A stretch of DNA of 63,216 nt, the filler included, from Hyphochytrium catenoides (Eukaryota; Protista; Hyphochytriomycota): the NCBI GenBank assembly GCA_900088475.1. It is 7 parts of 7 records of this genome, joined end to end, with 100 filler letters (N's around TTAATTAATTAA, not from the genome) between each part and the next. Parts side by side here need not be neighbours in the genome. Positions count along the whole stretch, not along the records: positions 29,994 to 36,154 come from FLMG01001171.1; positions 36,255 to 53,588 come from FLMG01002392.1; 5 more parts are not named here. One strand, given 5' to 3'. How positions within the stretch are numbered: the stretch's first letter is position 1; each line of letters starts with the position of its first letter. Shown piece by piece: positions 33,360-45,820 of this stretch. The notes beneath the pieces are model-generated. The model was not told the DNA's origin and made no database searches. It saw only the letters and a program-made list of their open reading frames with translations. Both the position numbers and the translations under genes were made by a program.

Positions 33360-34700
33360 CGAGGAGAGGAGCAGACAGTGATGGCACCACTCTTGTTGTC
33401 CTGGCCAATAGGGATGGGAAGCTGGTGCGAGAAGCCCAGCTCGCTCAGGATCACACTAAAATGCTTCTTTAGCTTCCACGCAAAGGCACCGCCGTTCAGA
33501 CTCAAGAAATAGCCTGTGACGGACTTGCGGTCTGCCGGTCACTAGCCCAATCAGCGTCAGCCCGGACAGAGAGTTGGATAGGAGCATTCCCTCCTAGACG
33601 GAAGGAATAGTCTTGAGTTGCCTTCAGGTAGGTGAAGATACGTTTGACAGCCTCCCAGTGGACGTGGTGGAAGGCAGTTATGTGTGGGCTCACGGCTTGC
33701 ACTGCATAAGCAATGTCAGGGCCGCGTACAGACCATGCGTACAGCAAGGAACCCACTGCTTGACGATAAGGGGTTGCGAGCCAAGCGCGTGATCATCAGA
33801 AAGAGGAATGGTAGAAGCTTTGGGCAAGTACGTCTTAGGCACCGCTGGGATAGGATTGGGGTAGGCATCAAGTCGTTGAAGCGCTCTAAATCTCGGTGAT
33901 ATACTTCGACTGTCGAAGGTGGCAGATCTTCCTAGCCGCTCATTCCCGCTTCACTTGAATACCCAGGTAGTATTCTAATTCCCCCAGATCCGTAATGGAG
34001 AAACGGGCCGACAGCATGTCCTTGAGTCCTGCTATTCGCTCGGTAGTGGGAGCAAAGACAAGCATGTCATCAACGAAGACTCCGACGATCTCAAGGTCTC
34101 GAAGATTGCCGCTTGTTGACATAAACTCCAAAGCCACAAACGCTGCGCTGGAACCCTTGGCCAGCTAGATAATGGTGGAGGGTGTCATTCCACATCTTGG
34201 GACTCTGACGGAGGCCATATAGTGACGCTTTCAGCCTCCAGACGTCCCTTCCTGCCCAAGGGTTGCAAAGCCCGGTGGAGACGCATGTACACCTGTTCAT
34301 CGAGATTGCCATATAGACATGGTCCACTTCTAGATCCAGCGTGGCAGCGAGAGAGAGAAGGTAGCGCACAGTGTCGTGTCCAATGACTGGGGCAAAGACC
34401 TCGCTAAAGTCAATACCTTGCTTCTGTCGATTGCCAAGACCAGACGAGCCCTGTACTTGTCCACGGAACCGTCGCTGTGTAACTTGACTCTAAAGACCCA
34501 CTGACAGCCGATGACATTGCGTCTGGCGGTGGAGGCACTAGGTCGTAGACCTCATGAGCCTGCATTGACGTAAGCTCGGAGGTAATGGCGGCTTGCCATT
34601 CTGTAGCATGAGGTGGTCCAGAGAGCCCTTCGCGTACTGTCCTTGGTTCAGAGACATGGAGAAGATTGGCCTGACCTAATGGCAAAGAGAGAGAGTCTTC
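33360..34700 (-). mobile_element. Second degenerate Ty1/copia fragment (RT-RNase H)
   Basis: EPRTVREGL..EWQAAITSEL, YGLRQSPKMWN, VFVDDMLV, TDLGELEYYLGIQV, GSLLY..PDIAYAV, ADADWA and LNGGAFAWK. Confidence 0.9.
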
Positions 34701-35224
34701 CTGTAACAGTCTACCCGTCATCGTTATATGGGATGATTGGACAATGTCATAAGATGAGAGTGCCTACTTATAAGCCCAACTGGGGTCCCATAATCTAGAG
34801 CTATTCTGACTATGCCAACTATTCCTAATAAACCCTAAGATATGGAGCTATAGAGATATCCCTGTCTGGAGTAGTCAGTCCTGAAGGTATTCCGGGGTAC
34901 TGACCATAAGCCATAGATATAAACAGGGACATTTCGTTCGCTTCATATCTCGGCTTCTACTGGGAGTTTGGAGCTGAAACTTTGGTAGTTAAGCTTGCCA
35001 GCTTGTAGTTCACATAGCTGTGCCCTCAGACTCCAACACCTCCCCGCAGCTCGAACTCCTTATTATGAAGGGTCGAAGCTGAACATTCAACAGTCGAAGC
35101 TGAACATTCAACACCTCCCCGCATGCTGTAGACCCACTAGAAAGAGATTACTTGGTTCTTGGGTTTCCATTGCACACATTTCTCGCTGTACGATGAACAG
35201 CGAGGTTGGGGAGATGTTGTTTCC

Positions 35225-36154
35225 TTAGCCTCTTTGGTAAACGCGTCGAGATCTCCAGAAAAATGCCACATTGTCTGATTGCTTCAGCGCTGGGTAGAAA
35301 ATGTGGAGAATATTGTTATCATCGTCAAGCTTTTCTTGATTCGAAGCCTGCGCAATGATTAGTTGTCCTTCCTTTGCATCCTTGGGACCTTGATGTTGGT
35401 TGACTCCTGTCCGTGCTTCCTCTTCGGAAAGAGATAGTTTAGTTGGTTGTTGAGATGTTTTCTTCTTAGTGATGAACTGGTTGTGTTCTTCAGTTCTTCT
35501 CAGTATTGCCTTGACGGCTTCACGATAAGAAGTCTTCTTCTTTGATGAAGATAAATCAATATTCTTCTTCAAAGCTTTTGACAGATTCTGCTTAGAGCGT
35601 GATTTCCAGAAAGACGGTCTGTGATGAGCGTTCTGCTCGATTTCCCAGCATTTCTCCGAAGGATGGCTGCGACTTCCGCAAAATGGGCACTCCGGCCATT
35701 GGTCGCAAACTGTAATTTTTGATGATGCTGATGACCCTGGATGAGCCTTGTTGTTGGTGTCTTGATGATGGTGGTGATGGGATTCCTTTAACCTTTGTTG
35801 ATGTAGAGTCTATGCTGCAAAGCCTTCTTCTTCATCATAACTCTTGTTGGTGGTGCGTGCGCATAGCACGTCTTCGGTGTGGCACTTGCACATAGTTCCC
35901 CCGTTCCACGCACTTGGATGGCTTGAGCAATACCTTGATAATATGAGGGTGGAAGGGCCATAAGCACTGCGGCTTTGTAGAGGTTGTCGTAGAAGTCTTT
36001 CTTCTCCATCATTTCTCGAAGTAAATCAAGCTTTCTTCTCTGCTCGCAAAGGAAGAGGCTTATGTCTTGTTCTTCATCTGGCTTTGCCGATAAAAAGGCG
36101 ATAAGAGTAGTCACAATGTTGTTTGCGCTTCTGCTCTCAAAAGATTCTTCCAAT
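35225..36154 (-). mobile_element. Third copia-type gag fragment with CCHC zinc knuckle
   Basis: ESRSANNIVTTLIAFL is paralogous to ESRNVDNIVTTIMGYL of the first element. CPFCGSRSHPSEKC (CX2CX4HX4C) lies at ~35650-35690. Confidence 0.75.
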
Positions 36155-36254
36155 NNNNNNNNNNNNNNNNNNNNNNNNNNNNNNNNNNNNNNNNNNNNTT
36201 AATTAATTAANNNNNNNNNNNNNNNNNNNNNNNNNNNNNNNNNNNNNNNNNNNN

Positions 36255-38960
36255 CAAGTTCGTTTTCTTCAGCAAGAAGATCCTTCATCAGCTTTTGCAG
36301 GTGGAATAGAGGAAGAGGCAAGAGAGGCGGGAAATTAGACACAGGTTCGTGTCAATGGAGAACTTACAACGCAGCTAAAAAAAGACAGAGAAGGAGAGAC
36401 AGTAATTGGGTGGAGGGGAAGAGAGAGGGAGAGACAGAGAGACAGAGTAACCGAGAGAGAGGCACGGAAAGGGGGTGCGGAGGGAGAGACAGGGGGAGAC
36501 GACAGAGAGAGTGAGACAGAGATAGAGAAAAGACAGAGAAAAATGGAGACAGAGGAGAGAAAGATAACGGAAGAAAATTTTGATAGATAGAGAGAGAGAG
36601 AAAGAAAGAAAGTGAAGAAAGTTAAACGGAGGGGAAAAAGGGTTAAGAAAGAAGTGGAAGAGAAGGAGAGAACAAGAAAGAGTAGAGGGACGAGAATCAT
36701 TGAGGGAAAGGAGACAAGGCCCGCAGACAGGAGAAATCGAGGAGAAAGAAAGGTGGCTGACCTACCGACGCCGCGGGAGGGTGAAAGTTTATGGTGCTAC
36801 CCAGCGCTTCTATGTCCTCCGTCTTAAGGTCTGGCAGCAGGTAGTCCCTGAGCCAATAGTTGGATTATCAGGTCGACAGAAGGAAAGGAAGTGGCTAAGC
36901 GGGACAGCTAGAGAGGGGGAAGAGAGAAAAGAGAGCAAGCAAAACGTCTTAGCAAAGACTGGGAGAGGAGGAAGGGCTGGTAGGAAAGTCAGACTAAAGC
37001 ACACAGAAGTTACCGATCAGGACATCTAACAAGGATCGGACCCAGAGAAATCTAATCGCTGTGAAGGAAGGCTAACAGAGCCAAGAATAAGAGACAACAA
37101 GGGGAAGAGAGTTCTGACGGGAGCTTCAAGGCAATACTGCTCCCGGAGTCCAGAGATAGGGTGGAAGAAGGTACGATTGCAAATGAGAAGAGTATTTCTA
37201 CCTCACGCTGACAATACTTGAAGGATACCACTGCCACTTTGCCAGCTCGTCCGTAAGTTTTCTTCCTTGATCAATCTCTTCTGGCTCTGGAGTGAAAGGG
37301 GAAGAAGGAGATGTAGGGGAAGCTAGAGCAGAGAGAAGATTCTGGCGAGGCCGCGGGCCATAAGACGCACAAAGTACTAAGGCGGACGCGGCAAAGGACT
37401 CCAGGTACTTCTGCGCCACAAAGCCCTAGAAAGGAGAAGTCGGATCACTGAGGATGACTGAAAGATCAGTACGAAAGAGGAAAAACCAGCCAAGATGTAA
37501 AAGACAGAGGGATAAAGTACAGAAGGAGTGAGGACAGAGAGAGAGCAGTTACGAACATAGCAACTTCGGTAAGAGCAGAAGCCATAGGGAGGTAGAGGCA
37601 GGATACCTAAAAGGTTAAGCTCATTGTAGAGTGGAGGAGAGGTGTCACAATGTGGATATTTGAGAGCGACAGAGAGAGAGAGATGATGAAGAGACTGGAA
37701 GTGGACAGTGGTCAGCCGGCGAGAAAGAAGGCCCTCGTACCCCTAGGCCATGTCCCACAACGATGGGTGGGTAGAAGGAACGAGAAAGTCCACCAAAGTC
37801 CTCAACAAGCTGCTCTAGAGCGATCGGAGCGAGCTCATCAGTCGCCGATTCTGACAGCCTCTTCCATTGTATGGCACTGGACATGGAGGAGGGAGGGCGG
37901 ACGACAGAGCATGTGTAAGTAACAAAGAGAGAGAAAGAAAGAGAGAGAGAGAGAAGAGAAAGACAGAGAGAGAGACAGGAGAGAGAGAGAAAAAGAAGAG
38001 TAGTAATAGGAGTTAGGCATTACAGGCGCTGAGAACCGCATGACGCAGCAGAAGTGTAAGGGGAAGAGCTAGATGCGATAAGAGACATTCAAGAAGTAAA
38101 GAGTGATAGCATGCGGCACAGTCTTCAATCCGAAGAAACGACCGTGAGGATGGAAGCTAGAGATAAAGGAGAGAGGGGGAGAGAGGAAAAAGAAGGCGAG
38201 AGTGTGAGACAAAGACTCAGAGAGAGAGAAGGTGGACAGGAGCAGGTGAGGGGCGTATAAAGTAGGCGGTAAGGGGACAAGCTGCGGTTAAATCGCTGGC
38301 TGGAAGTCTCTCCTCCTTCCTAATGTGCGTACCTGCACGCATATCCCCGCTGAGCAAAAAAGTTGAGATAGGGCTTCCAACTAATAATTGCAAGCCAAAG
38401 ATCAGACTCGGACAGCATCACAAGGCAAACAAGGGACACATGAGAGAGAGCAAAGAAAGAGACTTCGAAAGGAGAAAAGAGAGAGAACAGAAGGAATCTG
38501 AGAGACCAAAGGGAGAGGGACTTAGGGTTAACCGAGTGAAAGAGAACGAGAAGAGAGCGAAAGAGAGCGAAAGAGACACATAGAGAGAGACGGAGAAGAA
38601 GGGTGAGAATGGATTAAGACACGGAGCCAGTAACTCAACAGCAGAGCCTAGAGATTCATTCTAAACGGTGTGTCTCTCTTACATCTGGGCGTTGTGATAC
38701 AGATCATGCAGGAAGACAATAGGATAGGGACTCTCCTCATGCCCGGGCAGCAAGATATCCGCACTGGGTTCCGCCTTTATGATCGTCTCAATGGAAGAGG
38801 AAGCAGGAAAGAGAGTAGACATCCGCCGCTGTGGTGTGTCTCCTGGTCTCCTTGCTTTCAACTCGTCCCCCTGCAGGCCCACTAATGCTGCCACTCCGAC
38901 GCCTGACCAGAGGCCATCGCTCCTCCGAACGCATCGGTGAGAAGCGCACATCCTCAGCAT
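36255..38960 (-). CDS. Alpha/beta-hydrolase fold protein with a possible mitochondrial transit peptide; nucleophile Ser replaced by Gly; 3'-truncated
   Basis: Spliced reading PIVFLHDLYHNAQI-WKPYLNFFAQRGYACS-AIQW...PPIVVGHGLG-GFVAQKYLE...ALVLCAS follows the typical abhydrolase pattern. The N-terminus is Arg-rich. Confidence 0.78.
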
Positions 38961-40102
38961 GATGGACGGTGCTTGCTCTCGATAACGTTCTCGATCTCCA
39001 AGTCTCAGCCACGGCAGCGTGTCATACAGCTGCTGTGAGCTGACGACAGGGCAAAATGATAGGCTGCGTGAAAGGTGGAAGAGACGGAGTTGCGATGGCT
39101 CGCCTCTGTTCCCCTTTCATCTCCTGACCCTCAAACAACCGAAGACCGCCAGGCTCTCTCACTTGGTCAGAAAGATAACTCCCGCCCTCTCACGACTATG
39201 TCATTATTTCCTCGTATCTTGCTCTTGTCCTCCTGAGCAGAGGGATCAATAACCCTACATCATAGCCGATGATGATTGAAGAAGAACGACATGATCAGCA
39301 GGTGGAATCATTCAAATCGATAACAAGAGAACGGGCAACTAAGTAGGTTAGGCAAGCTGCAAGCTCGACTCTTCCTCCTGGATGGCCGTTCTTCTTCTTC
39401 CTTCCATTACCATGGCGGCGGATACATAATATGCTTTGCTTGGTAGACATGCCACTACTACCTAGGTTGGGGCTTACAGTTGTAGCTCAGTGTTTGTAGT
39501 AGTAAAGAGAACCGAGCTCTGATGATGCAATTCATGGAGACTGGAGACAAGCAAATGGATTCTTCTACACGAATAACTACTGCAAACCTTGATGAAGGCC
39601 ACATTGCATTAGTTCTACAGTAATAAGTACTTTGTGATAGCAGATCTGGGTAAGAAAGACAGCTAGAACAGCTCCTAGAACTAGAGAGTTCTAGAGAGCT
39701 TCGTGTCATCGTGTCATGCTGATTCGCTAGATCTACCATGGTAATAAAATAATGGGAGGATACGGTAAGTAAGTAAGCCTTATTATAGTTCGTAGTAGAA
39801 AGACCTTTCACAGGTTGGACAAGTTTTATTTGAGTTTGTGTATAGAAATACAATCGCCAATTTTTTTATTGTTTTTTCCTAGTTCCGATACTTCTGCGCC
39901 ATTCTTTTATAAGAAAAAACAATAAACTTGCCGACACCCGTTCTCAAGCGGCATCAGCAGAGAATGCGGCAAGTGAGCAGATCTCAACAGACGCAGCTCT
40001 TGGGCACTGGGAAAGAAGGATTTCTTCGATCACAGAGGAAGCGGAACTTTTACATCAGAGGTGCGAAGACTGGACCAGGACGACGTGAGGAAGGTTGCCA
40101 GG

Positions 40103-43100
40103 ATGTCCATTGATGAAGAGTCCAGCGCACTGTTGCGGCCGCAAGGCACGAAAAGAAGTCTCTACTCAGGACTTCCCGGCCAGAGAGAATGGGAGTTTGC
40201 AGGCTGGGGATCTCAAAAGAACATTCTTATCTCGAGGAGAGAGCTGAAATCGCTGGAAGAGAAGATGAGACATGAGACAGGTCACAGCCACAAGCTCAAC
40301 CAGTGGCTGGCCACTAGTATTTGCGGCAATGACCTGCTGGGAAGTATTCTTTACACTGCGGGCGCTGTGGCTGCGAAGGGTGGCATAATGGCCCCAGTAA
40401 ACCTGTTGATTGTTGGAGCGGTACGCTGATGGTCTCTTACTTTTCGCACTTATTCTTTCCTTAACACTAGTCACTCTCTGCTTCTCTGAGTGACATTTAT
40501 GACATTTTACTGACCACAATCTCAAATGACTTTTGTCCTCTCTTGTTCCCCCTTCCAAGACTCCGAACCTGTCTTTCTCACGTTTAGCACCTAGCCGCTT
40601 TGCGCTGATTTCTGCATGGCTTCTCAAAAATCTCCCCCTGGAGCTGTTGCTGTTAGTGCCAGAAGCCCCATTTCCTTAGAATGTGCCGAAGAGACGCTGT
40701 CGCGTCTTGCCGCTTACTTCTGTTGGACCATCGTTTCACTTGCGCACAGCTCTCCTCACTTTCTCCCTCTCTTTCTCTCTCTGTTGCTCTCACACTCTCT
40801 GTGTCCTCCTTCCCCACTCTCTCTACCTATCTATCTCTTTGAATTTCTCCTTTATCCGGATAACATTGGCCATCCTGCTTCTATCAGGTGCTATACCTCT
40901 ATCGATTCATTTATATGGAGGCCGTGTCTGCCATTCCTCTGAATGGAGGCTCGTACAACGTGCTACTCAACTCCACCTCCAAGTCTACTGCCGCACTCGC
41001 CGCTTGCCTGGCCGTCCTTTCCTACATGGCGACAGGAGTTGTTTCCGCTAATTCAGCGACTAGTAACATGGCCTTTCTCATAGAGGATTATCCTAAGGTG
41101 AGGCCAGGGAAGTAGAGGAATTCCCTTACTGTTAGAGCAAACAGAAGAGTTGAAGCAAGAGAGGGAGAAAGGAACATAGTGCAATTTGCTTGCATAAGCT
41201 CTTTGCAAGCGAAGAGCCATTACACAGGCCTGAGCTCCATCTCCAGTCCCTACATCTCTCCAGCTTGAGGTTGCCCAGTTTGACACTTCTCCGCCGCTTA
41301 CTCATAAGTTGTCTGTGCTCGCCCTTCCGTGTTGGTTACTGCCTAGGTCCCGGCTACCGTGGGGCTTCTCTTCGTGTTTGCAGTACTAAATTGGATTGGT
41401 ATAGGCGAGAGCGCCGTAATCGCTCTATTCATCCTCATTGGGCATGTCACTACTCTTCTACTGCTTATAGGCTACTCAGTGCATTTTGCATACCACAATC
41501 CGGATATCTTGGCTGCCAACTTGCAAGCGGACTGGCCCAAGGTGGACTTCGGTAAGGATGAGTACTCTCTACGAGGCTTGCACTCGACCTTCTTCTCCTT
41601 GCTCTCTTTACACCTCCACTCTGGCAGCTTTGGCAGTAGTGCAGCTAAACCTACCTGCTTCTATACTTGCGTTCGTCTTGTCCATCAGAGTGAGTCGAGA
41701 TTGAGCAGATTCTGAGCACCTCTCACACTGCTTACTTCATTTTCTATCTTCAAGGTGGTGAGTTTGTTGATGGGACTGTCTGGACCGCTCTGTTCTTTGG
41801 CTTTGGCGCTGCCATGCTTGGAGTTAGCGGTTTCGAGAGCAGCGCGCAGTTTGTAGAACAACAGCAAGACGGTGTCTTCCCTCTCACGCTTAGAAACATG
41901 TGGTGGGCGGCGCTCATATTCAACCCACTACTCTCCTTTCTCTCCTTCGCGGTGTTACCTCTGGACGGATCAGATGGCATTCTGGCTTTCAAGGACACCG
42001 TGATAGCAAAAATGGCCCTCGTCTCAGGTGCGTATTTCTTAGCTTCCTCCTAGCTCTGCCGTCTCGTCATCACCTCCTCTATTGCTTTCTTATCCTACCC
42101 AATAAGTGGCTGTTGATTGAATAGATGTCTACCTGCATGTTGTGGAACTGGTTCCTGCTTTCACACTTCTGGTTCTCCCAAACTCTCAACGTGCTTACCC
42201 TGATTATATGCGCAAGGCCTATTAGTTCAGCTCTACTCCTCTGATCTTTATAGATTAACAGGGCTCTGCGAGAGCAAAGTCGTAACTTAGCCTCTTTTCT
42301 ACCATCACCATATTCATTCATAGGAGGTAAATGGCTACACATACTCGTCGTGATCGACGCCTTTGTGGTTCTTAGCGGAGGAGTACTGACCGCCTACGTC
42401 GGCATTACCGGATTAGTGCAGAGAATGGCCTACGATCGGTGCTTTCCTGACTTTCTCCTAGCGACAAGCAGGTGGAGGGAGACCAACCATAACATCATCT
42501 TTGGATTCTTTCTGGTTGCCTCATCTTTATGCATCCTTCTCGGCGGAGACACGGAGACACTCGACAGTGTCTATGCTTTCGCCTTTCTAGCTCTTATGGC
42601 CGTCTTTGCCTTTGGGCTGGTGATGCTAAAGTATAAGCGGCCGGAGATGCCCAGAGAGTACGAGGCTTCTTGGAGCACTGTTGTACTTGGGTTTCTGGGG
42701 GTTAGCACTGCCTTCATGGTAGGACAACTCTTTACTCGTTTTTCCTCTAACATCCTCGAAACTATAGAGTCTTCTTTTGAGTCTCTGACAACGGATGATA
42801 CCTCCGCGAAGCGTGTATAAGACAATTCACTGCATTCTTCACTTGTACCTTGAGGATTAACGCTGCGTCCTTCCTTTCCTTCCTTCCTTCTTACCTCTAG
42901 AGTGCGCTTAAAAGTTTACTAAGCTGGCTTTACCTCGTATCATTGGCAGGCCAACTTCATGGGTGATCCTCGCGCCGTCCAGTACTTTGGCTTCTACTTC
43001 ATTGCAGTAGCAACCGTTGTACTGGTTATGGTCAACCGGACTTCGCTACTGCGAATTCTCTTCTTTGTCCTTCGGAAAGTAGCGCCCACTCAGAGCCCTG

Positions 43101-43750
43101 AGGGAGAGAATGGAGGGTCTTTAGGAAGAAGAGATAGAGAGAAAACGGGCTTCCTGTGTGGCCGTTCGCTAAGGGCTCTCTACCAGAACATCCACTCCGC
43201 TCCTATGCTTTTCTTCGTTAAATTGCCAGACATCCCAGTGATGAATAAGGCTATTCTCTATGTCAAAGCTAATGAGATTACGAGCCAGCTTTACATGGTA
43301 CACTGCTATGAGGAGGAGGTAGGAGGAGTTTCCAGCATTCTTGCTTTGCTATCCGTGACTTATCCCAGTGTCAGCTGTATCTCTAAACTCTACTTGCTGC
43401 TTTCTTAACTCTGGTCTCCAATGTTAGCTCCAATCCATACCTGCGCCTGATGGTGCGTCCCTTAATCTTGACCTTCGCCTCTTATGCGTCATTTCTCATA
43501 GCCACTTTTGCCTGGACAGGGTGCCGACCTTTCTCCTTTTCTGGAAGGCGTGCGGAGCCTAGATCGGATGTATCCAAAACTAAAGATTGACTTTGTCGCG
43601 GTCAATGCTAGCTTCGGCCCGGTCACTATTGAATGGCTCAGCCAGAAGTTCAAGATCCCAAAGAATTTGATGTTTATCAAGAGCCCTGACAGGGGATTCA
43701 AGCACAAACTGCAGGAACTCGGAGGTGTACGTGTCATCACGGGTGGCTAA
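40103..43750 (+). CDS. APC-superfamily amino-acid permease, 7 exons
   Basis: KLNQWLATSICGNDLLGSILY, EAVSAIPLNGGSYNVLLNSTSK, AMLGVSGFESSAQFVEQQ..GVFP.TLRNMW, DAFVVLSGGVLTAYVG and C-terminal LGGVRVI. There are many TM segments and all introns are GT-AG. Confidence 0.92.
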
Positions 43751-43957
43751 GTAGAAACCTCGCTCCAGCGAACGAGAATCCAGGTAGAGGCCACGCACTA
43801 GCCATAGTCAAGAGGAACCCCAATACCTAAGGAAGGCAGAGGACCACCAAGACAAGTGCAACCCATTCCACCTCCAGCAAAAATACGAGGCTATCGTAAG
43901 ATGTAACCTTCATACCCAGAGCCATATGATGGGACTGCAGTGCTGATATATTGAATA

Positions 43958-45113
43958 TTATGCGACACAAACCTCCTTGCCGTTTTCTAGCTGGAAAATT
44001 TTCTCGGGAGGAATCTGCCAGGAAACGGTGAATGAGGTCTTAGACTTAGGATCTGAAGGCGGGTTTAGGATGACCGTATTACCACGTGATCGTTATGGAC
44101 AAAGATAGAAAGGGACTGGACTCAAGAAGATATTGGACCCATAGAAGATAGGTCGGTTTCACCAGCAGACGAAGCGGACCATGGAAAAAGAGGAGCAGTG
44201 AGAGAAGCCGTACCCCAAATAATGTCTCAAGGACTTCTGGCAGCTCATATGTCACATCGCCCTGGATGTGAATCTCTGTCTCGCCAGTGGCAGACTCACT
44301 GACAGAGCAACCACTAGAGAATTTCTTTCCAAACTTCTTAGAAGCGTCCTTGGCCTTTATTCCCTCTGATAAATAGCAGAAGGGATTAAGCTCAAAGAAA
44401 ATGGGGAAAGAAAAGAGACGACAGAACCACATTAGAAAAGAACCAACGGGGAACACATGATGATGCGAATGATACACTCTCATCTCAATGTACGAACGGA
44501 TAGCTTGAAGCATACCGAAAGAGTCTATCCCGGTGACAATCGTCACATATTTGCGCTTGTTTCGGGTGACCAAAGAAAACACGACCTTTGAGTTGATTTC
44601 CTTCTTCTTCTTCTCTTTTGACTTTACTTTCTTCTCCTTCTTTTTGTCTATTGTGAGAGTGTCGAGCAATTGGCGAGCGGTTACCGCCGCAAGCAGCACC
44701 AAGAGATCTCGCCACTCTTACCTGCTTCATCACCCTCTTCTCCTACATTGAGCTCCGATACTTTCTCCTCTATCTCTTCAGTGCCACTTCCACCTCTAGG
44801 TTTGCTGGTACTTGCTCCAGAAGCTGACGAGCCAGCGAGAACTTCAGCAGGATAGACCTCAGGACAGTGTTCTCTAATCCAGCCCTTGCACTTGTCAAAA
44901 TCTGATCTAAACTCACAGTATTCAGGGGGAAGCCCACAAACTAAGACATAAAAGTTAAAAAAGAAGGATTAGTTGAATCTAACTAGTCAGTCTTCATCCA
45001 TCTTCCGTATCTCTGGGTGCCCCACTTGCGTTTTTTGTCACCCATGTCATTGGCTCCACAGATTTCGACTCACCACCACAATAGAGAACTTCTTGAGGTT
45101 CTAAACCAGCCAT
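43958..45113 (-). CDS. DENR: Density-regulated protein / TMA22 (SUI1-domain translation re-initiation factor), 5 exons
   Basis: MAGLEPQEVLYCGVCGLPPEYCEF...CKGW zinc motif, then RNKRKYVTIVTG and KKFGKKFSSGCSV...EIHIQGDV of the SUI1 domain. The last exon reads IPPEKIFQLENGKEVCVA*. Confidence 0.93.
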
Positions 45114-45820
45114 TGTGGGATTGTATGCCAGGTCGTTCTCAGCTGACTTGTTTCGAGCGGACTCAGAAGCTTGGTGCAGACGCTCCGGATGAAGATTGAC
45201 AATCGAGCTTCTTCAGCATCCTGTTGAGCTCCACATCACAGAGCACTCATCCTTTCTGGAGCTTCTGCAGTTCATGATGCAGACACCTCAGAACCCCGGC
45301 TTCAGGGTTCCCCTCGGAGTAGCAACTCAGTTATCCTCCTGGAGCTCAAACTTGCTCTCCTTTTACCGATTCCAAATCCAGCTGACTATCATTTGTGATG
45401 AGGGGTCTGAAGGGGTCAGGTTGCGAAAGGCTGCGTCTTTTTGAGATTGAGAGGTAACAAACAGAGATGTGGAGAGATGGACCAAATGACTGGAATCCAC
45501 ACACAAAAGGGTTGAAACAGAGTATGCTATTGCCAGGTAGTGACGGCGGTCGGTGAGGTGCAGTGCGGGAGATTAGGCGATGAGGAGCGGGAAGCTTCAG
45601 AGCTTGCAGACGTGGAGCTCATCGGCAACACGGAACACGTACATACAGTTTCTAGAAGGCCAGACAAGCAGGCAGCGGCTGAGCTTGGGCATCGTGGCTG
45701 ACCGTATAAGGGTGGCTGTTCGGTGCATCCCGGTCTTCGCTTGTATACAGCACCGGTTTAGCCCGAGCCATAGAATCAGCTGGCATTTCTGCAGTAGCAG
45801 AGTGACAAGAGGTTGGGCCC
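45114..45820. promoter_or_regulatory. Putative bidirectional promoter region between DENR and BBS1
   Basis: Divergent ATGs 707 bp apart on one scaffold. No specific elements were identified. Confidence 0.4.

Noticed and set aside
37598-37622. Intronic GCTTAAC-CTTTTAG|GTATCCTG resembling a recursive or minor splice site
   Set aside because: The flanking exons join correctly without it and there is no downstream U12 branch site. It is likely chance.
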